DNA from: Phoronis australis
Lineage: Eukaryota; Animalia; Phoronida
Assembly (NCBI GenBank): GCA_002633005.1
Contig: NMRA01000116.1
Span: 109,720-154,522, forward strand
Reading direction: 5' to 3'
DNA: 44,803 nt
Each line of letters begins with the position of its first letter. The stretch's first letter is position 1. Both the position numbers and the translations under genes were made by a program. This document shows positions 22,074 to 36,122 of this stretch, one piece after another. Under the pieces are notes generated by a model that was not told the DNA's origin, made no database searches, and saw only the letters and a list, made by a program, of their open reading frames with translations.

Positions 22074-23711
22074 ATGAAATGGAGCTTTAACAAATGCGCC
22101 CACGAATGCACCGCTAACGTTGTGCTTCTAGGGGTGTTTATTTGGAACATAAAACTTTGCAACCGGATGGCACAAAATATGTCAAATCCATCTGAGAACT
22201 TGTATACGTCATCAAAGCTATTTGCCAAATTTCATAAAAATCTGTCAAGGAACTTCTGAGAAAACAGACGAAAATGAAAAAATGAAATTGTCACTAAGAG
22301 GCTATAAGCGCAAAAAACATAACTGCCACAAAGAGGCACCAAAGTAGATAGTCGTCGGAAAACCATTGTCAGACTTCCTCTTCCCATTAGGAACATAAAT
22401 GCCAATTTCCACAACCATCCTTAGAGTGGTTTGGTTGACAGAAGGGCAGACGTCAAATAACAAGACTCGAAAACAGTAAAATGGCCACAAGGTGGCGCAA
22501 AATGCCTCGAATTTCACCGAAAACCAGATGATAGCGTCACCTCACTTATAGATGCCTAACTGCCAAATTTTATGAAAAACCATTGACGATCCTTTAAGAT
22601 AGAGGTAAACGTAAAAAACTAAAATTGCCACTAGGGGGCACACTGGTAGCCCGATCCGTCCAAAAGTCGTCATCCTCTGTAGTCAACTTCATATAAATAC
22701 ACCAGCAAAATTCAATAAAGATCCTGTAGAGCATTTAAGAGATACAGCCACGGACACAAAAACAAACAAAACTGCCACTAGGAGGCGCCATAGTATTCCA
22801 AGTCATCAAAATCATCATCAGCCGCCCTCTTCACAGTAAGAACATATATACCAACTCTCAAAATCATACCTAGAGCGGTTTGGTTGATAGAACGGCAGAC
22901 ACCAAAAAAGACTCGAAAATAGTAAAAATGGCCACTAGGTGTCGCAAAATACCCCGAATCCGTCCGAAAAGGGGAGGATGACATCACCTCACTAATAGAT
23001 GTCTAACAGCCAAATTTTATGAAAATCCGTTGAGGACCTCCAAATCTACAGATGTAAACGTAAAAAAATTAAAATTGCCACTAGGGGGCACACCAGTAGT
23101 CGGAGAGGTCCGAAATTCGTTATCATCTGTTGTCACCGTCATTGAAACACATCTGCCAAATCTCATTAAGATCCTGTGAAAGGTTTAGGAGATACAGCCA
23201 TGGGCGCAAAAACAAACACAAATGCCACTAGAAGGCGCCACAGTTGTCGAACTCGTCGGAAAAACATCGTCAGTCGCCCTCTTCACAGTAAAAAACATAT
23301 ATGCTAGTTTTCAAAATCATTCCTAGAGCGGTTTGGTTGATAGAACGAGGACGCCAAAAAACTCGAAGACAGTAAAAATGGCCACTAGGTGGCGCAAAGT
23401 AACTTGAATCCATCCGAAAATAGGAGGATGGCATCATTTTACTAACAGATGCCTAACTTCCAAATTTTATGAAAATCCGTTGAGGACATCCGAAGACACA
23501 GAGGTAAGCGTAAAAAAGTAAAATTGCCACTAGGGGGCACACCAGTAGTTGGAGAGGTCTGAAATTCGTCGTCATCCCTTGTCAGCTTCATAGGAACACA
23601 TCTGCCAAATCTCATCTAGATCCTGTGAGGGGTTTAGGAGATACAGCTGCGGACGCTGGACAGAGATGACGGCAATATGCCAACACATATAAATATGTGG
23701 GCGCATAAAAA
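22074..23711 (+). mobile_element. Helentron/HINE-like element with internal ~450-bp tandem units (array 1)
   Basis: 5' subterminal atgcgcccac; ~450-bp period (aaattgccactaggggg at ~22622, 23072, 23521); 3' ggac/acag tract and hairpin ending gtgggcgcataaaaa. Confidence 0.8.
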
Positions 23712-24205
23712 TGTGAATGTAAAGGACTAGCAGTACAAGTCTGTCAACACCGTACAAGAATGAAGTTTTAGCTCACGTCATATAATTTAATTGCTAGCCC
23801 AATTTTCATTTTAATACTCGTTTATTCTGACGTATGCTGGCATTCAGATGATCACCAGTAGCTACCACAGGCTTATGTTTATCCCGAATTCTGAACACTC
23901 GCTGTAAATGTCCCAAGCTCAACGAAAAAATCCGCTTTCGTTAACATTTTAGCACGAAATGTTTATTAGATGAAACGAAGGTGGATCATTATAATGTTGA
24001 CTATATTTTTCTTCAGCCTGATTGGCTCTAATTAATAGCTTGATTGACATGATGAAACTAAAAACCCAAATCCCTGAATGATGATCCTCTGTTTGACATA
24101 CTGGCACACGGATGCGCACGCGCGCACAAAAAAGCAAACCCATTTCATTAAAGGCATTTTAATGGCTACTTCAAAGATGTCTACATTCAGCTAGCCCTAA
24201 TTTAC

Positions 24206-24286
24206 CGTTGTGATGACTGTAACTGAGGCATCCTTTAGCACTGGTTCCAGGGCAACTAATCTGTTGAGGCTGTCATTGACAAGGCT
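24206..24286 (-). CDS. PROM1: Prominin-like paralog A exon (SLVNDSLNRLVALEPVLKDASVTVITT)
   Basis: Splice sites atttcag| and |gtaaat, 81 nt, phase 0/0, heptad-like. Confidence 0.82.
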
Positions 24287-25813
24287 CTGAAATAAGAAGA
24301 TGAGTTGGATGCTAAATATCAACACGTAATATTTGTGTCAATATAGAGTGTACAACATGCAGTGGAACCAATTTAAGACAGAATTAATGGGACGCTCTAA
24401 ACGGAATAATTGTCTTGACCAACCTTAAGGTTGTTCAGCTCACCCAGACTGTGACCTTTTTTCAATATAGCACTCTGTAAGTATAACAGAACATACTAGT
24501 AGCTAGTGTATCAACAGTGCATGCACTGTTTTGTTGTACATGACTTATAAAAGACCGCATAAGGTAAATTGCACCAAGTTATTCACAGCAAATAACAGAA
24601 TTACATCATGACAGATTGTCGAGACCTTGACCTTAACTATCAAAATTCCCAAACAAACTGCAAATATTTGTTCAGCAGATATGTGATTTTATGTCCAAGC
24701 TATTGGCGTTACAATGAGTTGCCTAACAAAACAAGATTTTGTTTTCAGTTTTTTGAACTAAATCATTCAAACTGGTAATGGCACAACAGCATCTGTTCAG
24801 TATCAGTCACAACAAAACCCGTCTCTAGTATTGTGACATCAGCAGAGACTGTATGACTTACTACTACATAAAGAGATGAGGTTCCTTACGTCAATACATA
24901 GTACAAGGTTCAATGTCCACAGTCACAAGGCCAAATCTAAGTGAGTTTTGAATACGAGATTCGATTACAAAATTACTAAAACAGCACATTCAAAATAATC
25001 ATTGGTTATAGTGAGAACCTTTGAGACAAAAAGAGAATTTTCAATTTCCACAAAGAATAAAAAAGCTCATATTTCTGGAATTAGTAAACCATGCAAGATA
25101 CCTGTAAGTCACAATGCACTCTCACTAAAACTCATTCATAAAATGCGCTAGCACAGTAATCAAAGTTTTAAAGAGAGTCTTGGCAGCACATTACATAAAT
25201 TGTCACATAATTTATCCCATACGCGTTGAATCTGTCGAGGGAAATACAGCCATGTAATAAAATTTTTCGTATTCACCTCCCGCACTACTTCAACCGTGAC
25301 CTCTGACATGGAAAGTTCAAAAGGTAGGTCAATGTCAACTTGACGTCTTCAGCCAGTTCGATACTCAAACTTTCCGAATATAGTTTAAATACAGTAATTG
25401 CAACAGTGTAACTAACACTCGACATGCAACCAGGCCTTAAACATAAAATCTGGAACAAAACTGTTAATTATAAGACACTTATGTCTCAGTTTTCAATTGC
25501 TGAATACTATATCGTCTGCAACTCAGGCGCCGATTCCTAGGAAACTAAAATATCAAATGTTGTTTTTTAACTAGTTCCAGGAGATGTTACAAGTTCACTG
25601 CACAGTTGCCGTTGTTTTCATCTTTGTTGCCTCTTTTCAAGAAATAAATTGTTACTTTAAAAACTGTTTCTTTTACAAGAGAAAACTTGTAACCTAACGC
25701 GCAAGTACATACATATAGGCTGTGATCTGCCATGTGGACAGTCTGGGTGAAGTATTTAAAAAATCTGCCGAAAAAATGTAAGAAACTTAGGAATTCAAAG
25801 CGCATGGGATAAA

Positions 25814-25956
25814 TACAAAACATACCTTGATTGGCGTACAAGAAGTAATATCCCAGTCGACCTTATTCCGCGTATCGACCAAAGGTCGAGGTCGATACGC
25901 GGTATAATGTCTTGGGGGATATTACTTCATGTACGCCACTCTCGACATGTTTTGTG
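25814..25956. repeat. Imperfect palindromic (hairpin) repeat element
   Basis: tggcgtacaagaagtaatatccc...ccgcgtatcgacc is mirrored by ggtcgatacgcgg...gggatattacttcatgtacgcca around a tcgacc-aaa-ggtcga centre. Confidence 0.8.
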
Positions 25957-26648
25957 TATATACAACGTCTGAATCGGCATGTTATCTCGTTCATGATAAT
26001 TATGCAAATTACTGGTACTTGAACATCAGCATACCATAGACTTCATATAACAATAAAACTCTGGTACAAAGTAGGCAAATAGTCACAGAGATCTTTCATT
26101 TTCAGACCCAGTTTTCTCCACCTAATAACAGACATCAAAATGCTGGACACCCTGTAAGTGACTACTGCCCAGACAAGTTTTTGTTAAACGTAACGCTTTG
26201 AAAACCTCAGTCTTTTGATGAATTCTTGGATGCGGAGTGTTTAGTCATATCAACAACAGTACAATATCAACACTAGGTAGTCATGGACAGCATTATCTCC
26301 CGCTCAAGTTTTTGCAAGAAATGTGCACATAAGGGCATTTCCCTACATGGATGGATAAATACTGCCATACTGCAAAATGCCGAAGAAATACCCTATAAAT
26401 GGTACTTAGTAAGCACAGTGACCTTAAAAATTTCTTGCACACAAAAGCACGTTTCCATACATTAATGCATGAAAAACAAGTATGGGCTAAAATTCAAAAT
26501 ACTATGGTAGTAGTATTTCTGGTACAACATTGGGCATGGTTAGTTGATGAGCCCCTATGAAGAAGTAGACATTTTAAAACTCTTGGAAGAGAATCGCTAT
26601 TTGGATATTAGGAGATCCAGCTTCCTTCAGAACATTTATGCAGAATAC

Positions 26649-26720
26649 CATGCTCTCCTTGAGTCTGGGTAGAGAATCTTTGATTCTGTGCATTCTCTTC
26701 ACAAGGTTGTCAACCTTTTC
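26649..26720 (-). CDS. PROM1: Prominin-like paralog A exon (EKVDNLVKRMHRIKDSLPRLKESM)
   Basis: Splice sites ttttgcag| and |gtattc, 72 nt, phase 0/0. Confidence 0.8.
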
Positions 26721-28596
26721 CTGCAAAACAGTCATACAGTAAAAAAATGTCAATGTTGACAGAAAATGGAGAGCACATTCTCCAACAGGCTGGAACAGAA
26801 GCGTGTGTTAAGTGGTTACTTGAATCACAGGAAGGGTAGATGGACCTTTTATTTGCAAAAAATGCCGCGTGTGTATACTATCACAGTTCAACTGGGCCTT
26901 GTTATGATGTACAGTACAAGACAAAAGTAATCAGACATAATGCTATTTCCTAGACATGAATTCTATTTCCTGTTATTTCCTCTTCACAGGGATGGGAATG
27001 GGTGTTCATGAAAAAGCACAAAACAAGATAATGGTCTTTGTGGGCATCCAAGCGTCAGGGGGATCTCCAAACAGAAAAATTTAGAAAAATAAGGAGCCTT
27101 ACAAACCACTTTTCTGAGAACTGAGCTGTAAGTAGATCTTTTGTTATTCTGTAACATTATGATCATACCAATCCCATGGTGTATTTGGCATTTTGAGTAA
27201 AAGAGGCAATACAAAAGGGAAGCATACTGGTGTAGAGCAGCTGATGGTGGGTAGTTTTGTAAGAACTGTTCTGATTGGCTATCATGCTCTTGCCACCAGT
27301 GTTTTGTGCAACCATACTGTAGATAACATGTATTGTACCTTGAAACTAAACGAGACTAAAGGTGGTGAAAATGTGAATAACACTATCAATCGTCGTAGGA
27401 GTGAATTATGATCAGGTATTATGAAGGCACATACCCCTACCCTCCTCGATAAATGAAAAAACTTAACAGATTTGGCATAATATAAAAAGTCGTTATTTTT
27501 ACTCAAAAAGTGGAAATCCACCGAAAAGCGGCATTCTCGGTCATACTAACGATGAATTTGGCTTCCACCCAGTTGTCTTCAAGGGGAATTCTGGGTCATT
27601 TTGTCCGAACACACTCAGTTAACTTATACTGTAACAGCACGAGACAACAAAAATGATATTTTAAATAGCATATTAGACCAGTGCAACATTATATCCAGAG
27701 CATTTCAATTAATATTCAACTGAAATGGTAGGGCTATAACAAACCAAAATCCAAAATGCCATTCGTGTTCATACCAAAAGCTAGAATTACACGCGAAAAG
27801 AAAAGGCTTTCAACATGACCCACAACTACTACCGTTTTCATAATTTGTGGGTCCAGGCAACATGGACCAGATACAGTGGTTAAATACAAATGATTAACTG
27901 GATGGACCCATTAACCAAATGGATACTTCTCGTATTTGTCAGCCATTGTTGCGGGGGCATTTATATGGAAAAAATACTGTAAAGTTATTTGTGTTAATGC
28001 ATTCAAGTTTTCGACCTGGGTTTGGCAGTCGACAGCCAGCTATGACAAAGTGTACACATGCGAGAAAGCTGTCTGGACACAGTGGAACATTTGTGCCAAT
28101 GGAGGAGACTTATGACATTCATCGGACAAATTGTGACCGCAGGAGGGTCGTTGAAGTCGGACGCTGACAGTCTGTTTATGTGAAGGAACCAACCACAAGT
28201 GGATCATGCACGAACTGTGTTAAATGATAAGCAGGACTCTGACTAGGCATTACTAGGTTGAGTGCCCATGGAGAGTGGTAGACCTTGTTATTCAGTTTAT
28301 TAGTGTGTGTATGAATTCAATGTTTGAAGTTTCAATCAAATACTGCTTCATTTAATTTGATTCTCTTTAATTGTCTGGATAAAGTCACTTCGTGCAAGAG
28401 TGACCATATAAAAAGTGTCACTGAGACCATCGCCTGAAATCTTTGTAGAAGTTCCAAAGGCCATTAAATTTTTTCGATTTTTCTAAGCATCAACAGGCTG
28501 AAGCATACAACTACAAATAGTGACCTCACATGCCAAATGCATTTCCCAAACAAGTAACTACAAATTTATTTGTGGAATTCTAGGAACACATGTCAG

Positions 28597-31472
28597 AACA
28601 AGAGCTACGCGGAGCGTTGAAATTTCCGCGTTGAAATGCGCCCACGAGTGCACCGCTAACGCTTCTAGGGGTGTTTAATTGAATCATAAAAATGGCCACT
28701 AGATGAAGCAAACTATGTTGAATCCATCCAAACATTGGTATGTATCATCAAAGCTACTGAATTTCATAAACAAGAGCAACACGGAGCATGGAAATGCGCC
28801 CATGAATGCATTGCAAATGGTGTGCTTTTAGGGTTATTTATTTGTATCATAAAAATGGCCACCAGATGGCACAAAAAAATACAATCCATCCAAAAACAGG
28901 AACGTGCCATATTTCATAAAAATGTGTCAAGGAACTTCAGAGAAACAAAGGAAAACAGAATAACATGAAATTGCCACTAGTGGGCACAGTGTCCATTGGA
29001 TCCGCCTGAAAGTCGTCGTCTGTTGTTACCTTCATATAAATACACTTACTAAATTTAGTAAAGATCCTGCAGTGGATTTTGGATGTTACAACTATGGGCG
29101 CAAAACAAAACTACCACTAGGAGGCGCCACAATAGTCAGTCAACATCATCAAAGGTAGTCTTCACACTGAGGACATATACCGTATTCGCCGTAATAACCG
29201 CCCAGGGCGCTTAGAAAAGTTCGGTTCAGGGGGGGCGCTTATTATAACCCAAGGCGGTTGAAACCCGGTCTCCGAAACGGGTGAAATCGGAACCTAAGAT
29301 TCATCAAATTTACGCTCTGTGACGCATGTAATCTATGAAAGACTTTCAACAAAACTGTGGTGCATTGCTATCAAACTTTGCTGCTAAATTACGATCATTT
29401 TACAGAAAATTGTGCTGAAATCCCAGGGCGAAAACTCGTCAACTGACTGCTTCGAAATCGCCGTCTTCGATATGGCGACTTCAATGCTTGAATAAAAATG
29501 GTTTCGATAAAGTACCTGAAATCCTCAATAAATTTTATAAGTAGCGTCTCTAAGGTTTTTAAGTTCCTGTGGAGTCTGGATTAACGGCAGGTTTAAGTAT
29601 AAATCTGTGCAACATCGTGCCATCTACATGTATAATCGGCAACACGGCGAGAAAAATGTCTGGACGAACACACATGTTGTTGTCACGTGACGTTTGTTTT
29701 GAAGTTCGTCTGCGAGTAAGCGAGCGCGTGCGTGTCACCAGAGTTCATTTGCCAAAGCAGAGACCGTCTTTCGGCCAGAGCCACGCAATCTAACTAGCTA
29801 GATGTGTCTAAAGAAATTTGCACAAGCAGTANCGTGCGTTTAACACCGAGTTATTTTTATTCATGAGACAGTCGATGTGTCTACTGAAAGGTCAGACCAT
29901 GGGACACGGTCGTCGCGAGAGCGTAGCAACGCTGTTGCGTTCTTTTTGAAGCGCTACATTACTTTGTCACGGCTAAATAAAATCGTAGCAGTGCCGCTGG
30001 TGGTCTAAAAGACCCGTGCAAAAATTTTTTTGATAAATTTAAGATGTTACTGTAGCCGAGTTTTAGAACTGTAGGTACGTCATTGTTCGCATGTACACGT
30101 TCATGGACTGGGCGCTTATTTCAGCAAAGTCTGAAAACGCGTGGGGGGCGCTTATAGGGGTATGGGCGGTTATTACGGCGAATACGGTATGCCAATTTTC
30201 AAATGATTTGGTTGATACAGGGGTGGACGCCAAAAACAAGATTTGAAAACAGCAAAAATGGCCACTAGGTGGTGCAAAATACCTCGATTCCATCCAAAAA
30301 CAGGAAGATAGCGTCATCACACCAATAGATGCCTATATTTAAAATTTATGAAAATCTGTTGAGGACCTTTGAAGATATTGAGTTAAACAGAAAAAAGTAA
30401 AATTGCCACTAGGGGGCACAGCAGTAGTTAGATCTGTCCGAAAGTCCTCGCCATTTGTAGTCAACATCATATAAATAAACTTGCTAAATTAAGTAAAGAT
30501 CCTGTGAACGGTTTAGGAGATACAGCCATAGGCGCAACAAAAACAAAACTGCCACTAGGAGGCGCCACAGTAGTCGAAATCGTCGGAAACTATCGTGAAC
30601 ATTCCTCTTCATAGTAAGCACATACATGCCAATTTTCACAATCACCTTTTGAGCGGTTTGGTTGATAGAGGGGAGGACGCAAAAAAACAGACTCGAAAAC
30701 AGTAAAAATGGCCACTAGGTGGCGCAAACTACGTCAAATCAATCCGAAAATGGGAGGATAACGTCATCTTACTAATAGGTGCCTACATACCAAATTTCAT
30801 GAAAATCCGTTCAGGATTTTTGAAGATACAAAGGTAAGCGTAAAAAACTAAAATTGCCACTAGGGGGCACACTGGTAGTCCGATCCGTCTGAAAGTTCGC
30901 ACATGCTGTCCCATTCATGAATGGAACAATTGTGCCAAATTTCATAAACGTAATGTCAAAGGGTTTTGGAGATAGAGCAGCGGACGCCGGACAGACGCCA
31001 CCCGGACGGACGGATGGAGATGACGGCATAATGCGTCCACATATAAATATGTGGGCGCATAAAAATCTGTCAAAGAACTTCTGAGAAACCAAGAAAAACA
31101 AAAAAATGAAATTGCCACTAGGAGGCTATGGGTGCAAAAAAACATAGCTGCCACTAGGAGGTGCCACAGTAGGTGAAGTCGCCGGAAAATCATTGACAGC
31201 CCTCATCTTCACATAAGGAACATACATGCCAATTTCCACAACCATCCTTAACAGAGGTAAGCATAAAAATTAAAATTGCCTCTAGGGGACACACCAGTAC
31301 TTGGAGAGGTCCAAAATTTGTCGTCATCCATCACCAGCTTCACAGGAACACATTAACATATCTCATCAAGATCCTGTGAGGGGTTTAGGTGATATAGCTG
31401 CGGCCGCCGGACACCGGATGGCCAGACAGAGATGATGGCAATATGCAACCACATATATGTTGGCGCATAAAA
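28597..31472 (+). mobile_element. Helentron/HINE-like array 2 (two 5' heads, two 3' ends), interrupted by a MITE
   Basis: Heads aacaagagc...aaatgcgccca at 28597 and ~28768; 3' hairpins ending ggcgcataaaa at ~31065 and 31472; ggacggacgg tract at ~31004. Confidence 0.82.
29180..30187. mobile_element. 1.0-kb non-autonomous Tc1/mariner-type element, perfect 25-bp TIRs, TA TSD
   Basis: TA-CCGTATTCGCCGTAATAACCGCCCA ... TGGGCGGTTATTACGGCGAATACGG-TA. Removing it restores the host repeat sequence acatatatgccaattttc. Confidence 0.92.
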
Positions 31473-31629
31473 GCAATGTTGAGCTTTATCCGATAGCCAT
31501 CTTGACTTTAAGTGCAGAACAACATTTAGTAGCAAACATTTTGACTTGGGTTTGATTTCTCATCCATTGAAACAAATCTCAGCAGTGAAAGCCAATCATT
31601 ACCAAGGCGATTGTGCCACAAAAAATTAC

Positions 31630-31767
31630 CTTAAGCCCTTCATCTATTCTGTTAGGGTCATTTGGAAGCAAAAGGTTATTGAAAGCATCTATGGGTGTCT
31701 TGATGGCTTTTTGATATTCCTCCATTTTGTTGACCACACTGTCAAAGTTCGGTAACTCAACATCCAC
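31630..31767 (-). CDS. PROM1: Prominin-like paralog A exon (VDVELPNFDSVVNKMEEYQKAIKTPIDAFNNLLLPNDPNRIDEGLK)
   Basis: Splice sites tttgcag| and |gtaatt, 138 nt, phase 0/0. Confidence 0.85.
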
Positions 31768-33387
31768 CTGCAAATTTCAAACTAAAAATAGACACAACAT
31801 CATTCCATGAAATGACGACATATTGGCTTACACCCCATGCCCAGGTTGAGGACAAGCTTATTGGAATGTGCACATTGTTTGGAAGTGACGGCTAAGTTTT
31901 AATGATTTATTTGTGAAGAAAACAAGGATGTCACAAACAGCAATTTTCCCAGTGTTTTTATAAATTCTGTGAGCTATCATACCCTCAGATTTGTAGTGCT
32001 GTACAGTGGGGTATTCAAACGATTCGTACAAAAATGTCCAATGTCTCAACTCAAACTGTCAGTGACTGAAAGAAATTTGTTTTGTCCGAGTCACTTTGGT
32101 CCCTCTTGCATACCAGAATTAGAAATTTGATCAAGCGAGACGCTTTTGTGCTCACACAGTAATCAAAAAGTTTTTAAGAAAGTTTCCTAAATTGCACTTA
32201 ATGTAAGCAGCCTCCCCTTCACTAATGCTAGGACCTTGCTAAAAAGGAAGACTTTGCGACATTACATGCCATGCATTTTAAATGAGAACACGTCACAGCG
32301 TAAGTCCCACGTGCCAGCTATAAGCCCGCCTTCCCTCACAGATTAATTTTTGATTTCTGAAGGCACTAACTGATTGGTCTCAAATTGTTCCTTTGTCAAA
32401 TTGGAGATTACTTCAAAAGAAATGATAGTTTGATATTGCTTAAAAATTTAGATCAAGTAAGTTGGTTTGTCACGACGTGCCAAACATTCATTGTCTCAAC
32501 AGATAATAAAAGGTCAGTTGTTTGCAATCCCTTCATGAGTAAGGAACAAGTTGACACCAATTTGAAAGCTGTCTGCAGTAAGTGCTGCAGATCAGAAGTT
32601 TATGACTAAGAGGGTCTGACACCGGGCACTTTGAATTCCTTCACTGCACGGCATTAAACGTTTGCGGATCTAGAATACCCCAAGGGGTCAACAGCAATTT
32701 TTGAAGAAATGTCAGTGTAAACTCTAAAGACGGTATTCTGGTGGCAGTGGTGGATTAAGGTTTGTACAGTAGGTGTCCCGAGGAAAAAATGGTATCTGCG
32801 TCAGTAACAATAAATCGTACACAAAGTGCCAACTATTCGGATAATTGGCACCCGCGGTTTGCTATATGACTAAACAAGTAATGAGCTCTAACAGTGTGTC
32901 CTAATCGTGTACGCGATAGTCCATTTGTTGTAATCAACCTGGTCAATGCTAGACACAACTGGCTGAAATTTAGAGACGAGAGCCGAGATTTTGGCCATAT
33001 CAAATTTCCAACGTATACAAGCTGTCTTTTTACAGGTAGCAAATGTAATGCAACTTGTGTGAATCTGGCTGCTATTTGCTACTTGTCAAATCAAGTTCAA
33101 AGGAGCACTAAGAGAGAACAGCCCTCCCATAGACTTGTAAACATGTTGCGTGAACATGGCAGATAGTTCAGAATTGATCTAATTTTGACACGTTTCATTG
33201 TCTAGTGCTTCCACCAAATTTTGCAAATTTTTGGATGAGCCAAAGAAAGTTTCAAACCATGGTATAATATGTTATAAAATGTCACAAAACAGCGATGTTT
33301 CTACTAATTCTTAAATGATCAACTTACCAAACTTTGTGGTGGAAAATGTGGAATTTACCACTAGTGATCCTTAATATAATATCTCAC

Positions 33388-33525
33388 CTCTTCAATCATT
33401 GCCGGTAAGTTAAAATCTAGTGCATTCAAATATGAATCCATGCTGCTTCTCAAGTCTTTGTTCAAAATCGTGTGCCCTTCAATGTTGGCTACAAAATCTT
33501 TGAAGGCTGGACGATACATTTGCTC
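33388..33525 (-). CDS. PROM1: Prominin-like paralog A exon (EQMYRPAFKDFVANIEGHTILNKDLRSSMDSYLNALDFNLPAMIEE)
   Basis: Splice sites tgtatag| and |gtgaga, 138 nt, phase 0/0. Confidence 0.85.
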
Positions 33526-34661
33526 CTATACAAAGCCAAAGAAATAAAATGCTTCAAACGGTATCCATTCGAGATTTACAAAATTTATTTTATTTGAGTG
33601 AAAACTTGCTGAATTATTTTGAGGAAAGACAAAGACAAGCTTCTGTGAACTCGCCCTAGTCAAAGAACTTTATCTTTTGATTTAGACTACTTACAAGATT
33701 ATAAAACTGGCCTAATCTTACTCAATTATGGTCTGGAACATTTCACAATCTAGATATGTATTGGAAAAATGATTGGGTAGACTCCACATAGTTCCACAAA
33801 AGGCCTGAAATGGTGAAAAGTTCCAGAACATTGCAAGACTATAAATTTTATACTCAGGCACGTGTGATAGTTATTGCATCAAAAGTTACAGAGTCAGCTG
33901 TTAGCTAGTCAATAGTGAGATGACTATAGAGCCAGCAAGTCCTAGCATTACTCCGTCAACGAGTCAGATAGTTGCTAAAAGTGAAGTTAAGACTTCATCA
34001 TAATTAGTCAAGGCTTTGCAAAACTGACTTTACAGTAAAAATTCTTCAGTTTTATGACACAATGTGGCGGACAGGTGAAATTTCACTTTGTCAAATTTCT
34101 CAACAAAAATAACTTTTCAGAAAAATTTACTTTGCTTTTACCATAATTTGAATGGCTCAGCTATTACCCAACAACACTTTATTGCACAGTGAACATTGTG
34201 CAACAAAGTTGTAAACCTCTGAAAACTAGACGTAAGGAATTTTCGCAATAACTATTTTTGTCCCAAAAGAAAGAATTTTTACTGTGAATCCGGTGTTTTG
34301 CTTGAGCAGACTTGTGTAAACTTGGTTGAGATTTAAGTACTGACAGTAATAGTGATCAACTCCAGCTAGTCTTCATCTATTATCACACAGACGACCTGCC
34401 ACCTATGGGGGAAAATGTGAAAAAGATGTTGCTTAGTTACCCCATTTTTAAATACATTTAGATAAATGTAATCTGCCATATGAATAAAAGTGTAACATGC
34501 GAAGATATGAGCAAAAAAGGTAGGGAACTTTTTGCAACTGTAAGTGGTGTGTATCAAAAGTTTTGATGGTGGGCAGGTTAACAGCTGCAGCATAAATACA
34601 CAATGAGAAAGTCTCATTAAATGAATGTTCACATAATGAGTTGAAAAATTTGTATACTCAC

Positions 34662-34752
34662 AATCATGGGGCTGATAAAACGAGAGATGTCAATCATAGA
34701 AGACTTGTCGAGTTGCATTACGTAGAACAGGGAGGTGTTATTCTTGCAGTCG
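34662..34752 (-). CDS. PROM1: Prominin-like paralog A exon (DCKNNTSLFYVMQLDKSSMIDISRFISPMI)
   Basis: Splice sites cttgtag| and |gtgagt, phase 2 to 0. It contains the DCKxNxxxxxxxQL motif of the second extracellular loop. Confidence 0.9.
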
Positions 34753-35530
34753 CTACAAGAACAAACCATAGAAACTTCTAATGTAAATTAGACAGCCTTT
34801 AAAATTATGAACAACTTTATTACAAGTCCAGCCATTAGACAAATATCTACAATACATAGATTATTGCATGGCGAAGTCGTTGTCTCCCGTAACCTAGAGC
34901 CCGAGCAGATTTTGGAGAAATATCACCCGAGGAGCATTAGTCCCGAGAGAGGATAACAACTGAGAACATATAATAACCTATTAATTATCACATAGTGAAC
35001 GATAACCAATGCAATGAATCGAACTGCCCTTCTTGACTGGCCTCAACTTTGGAACTACTTTCTATGCCAGAGGCCTGTCAAGGGGTTGGAAGTCATGACC
35101 TTTTAAGAAACACAGTCATTCTTGATAAAATAAATAAATGTTTTTACTAAAAACCAATTGAAATTTAAGCAAAATTAAAATAAAGTGAATCTATTTAATG
35201 AATGATTAAGCTAATAGGCTAGCTTGCAACACATCTTAATCATGCTAAGTTTCCACCATGAAAATATTGGCTGCAAAGTGGATTACCAATGGTTGCTGAG
35301 GATAACCTCAAAGTCAAAGATTCGCAACATGTTACACACATTGAGATTGATGATTTACAAGTGAGAGAAAATGACATATATTTCACTAAATAAAAGATGT
35401 CCTTTTTATTGAAATAGTACATCTTACTTTTCACAACAGAATAAATGTCAGTACAACACTGCTTCTTGAAGATGCGATTATTGCGTGTCTTCATTTAAAA
35501 ATTCAATTTTCATGTCAGATGACGTCAGCT

Positions 35531-35610
35531 GCTGAATAGCTCAGTAGTTAAAATGACGGCAGTCTTTACATGAAACCTGAGTGAAGCGTGTTCGAATCTG
35601 GCCTCAAGCT
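35531..35610 (+). mobile_element. tRNA-derived SINE head or tRNA pseudogene
   Basis: A box tagctcagtag (35537), B box gttcgaatc (35590), and partial acceptor-stem pairing gctgaa/tcaagc. There is no clean anticodon arm. Confidence 0.55.
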
Positions 35611-36122
35611 CCCGCCAAAATGTTAATCAACATGCATTGATTAACAAAATGTGTAAATCAATGGTTGCAATGGCCACGTCAAGCTGGTTGTGTGGTATCA
35701 TAGAAATCAAACTCTAGTTTTTGAAAGTAGAGTATCAATAACACGATAATTAATCTTCGATATGAAAGTTCAAAAGGAGCAACGAAAAGCGTTGACATTC
35801 GATAGGACTGCACTGAAAGCAATATGCATCTTAGGATGTTTATTTAGTTTCATGTAATATTAATTGGACCGACTTTACCCCTCTGACCTGACAGCTGCAT
35901 TGCCAATGCACCCCCATTGGTGTTGGTAGTGGGGTGGTTACAGGAATGTTGGTGCGTGATCCAGCCAAACGCACAGTGGCTTTTAAATTGCAATATTGAG
36001 ACGTAGCCTACATCTTTCAGTGTTTCCATTAAACAGTACGACAACCACTTAGCATTGGGGGGGGGGGGTACTGCCAGATTTATTATGATCATAAAAAGTC
36101 CCTTAAGCACGACTTTAAACTG

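Noticed and set aside
35531-35610. Functional tRNA gene
   Set aside because: A and B boxes are present, but the anticodon arm and acceptor stem do not fold properly.
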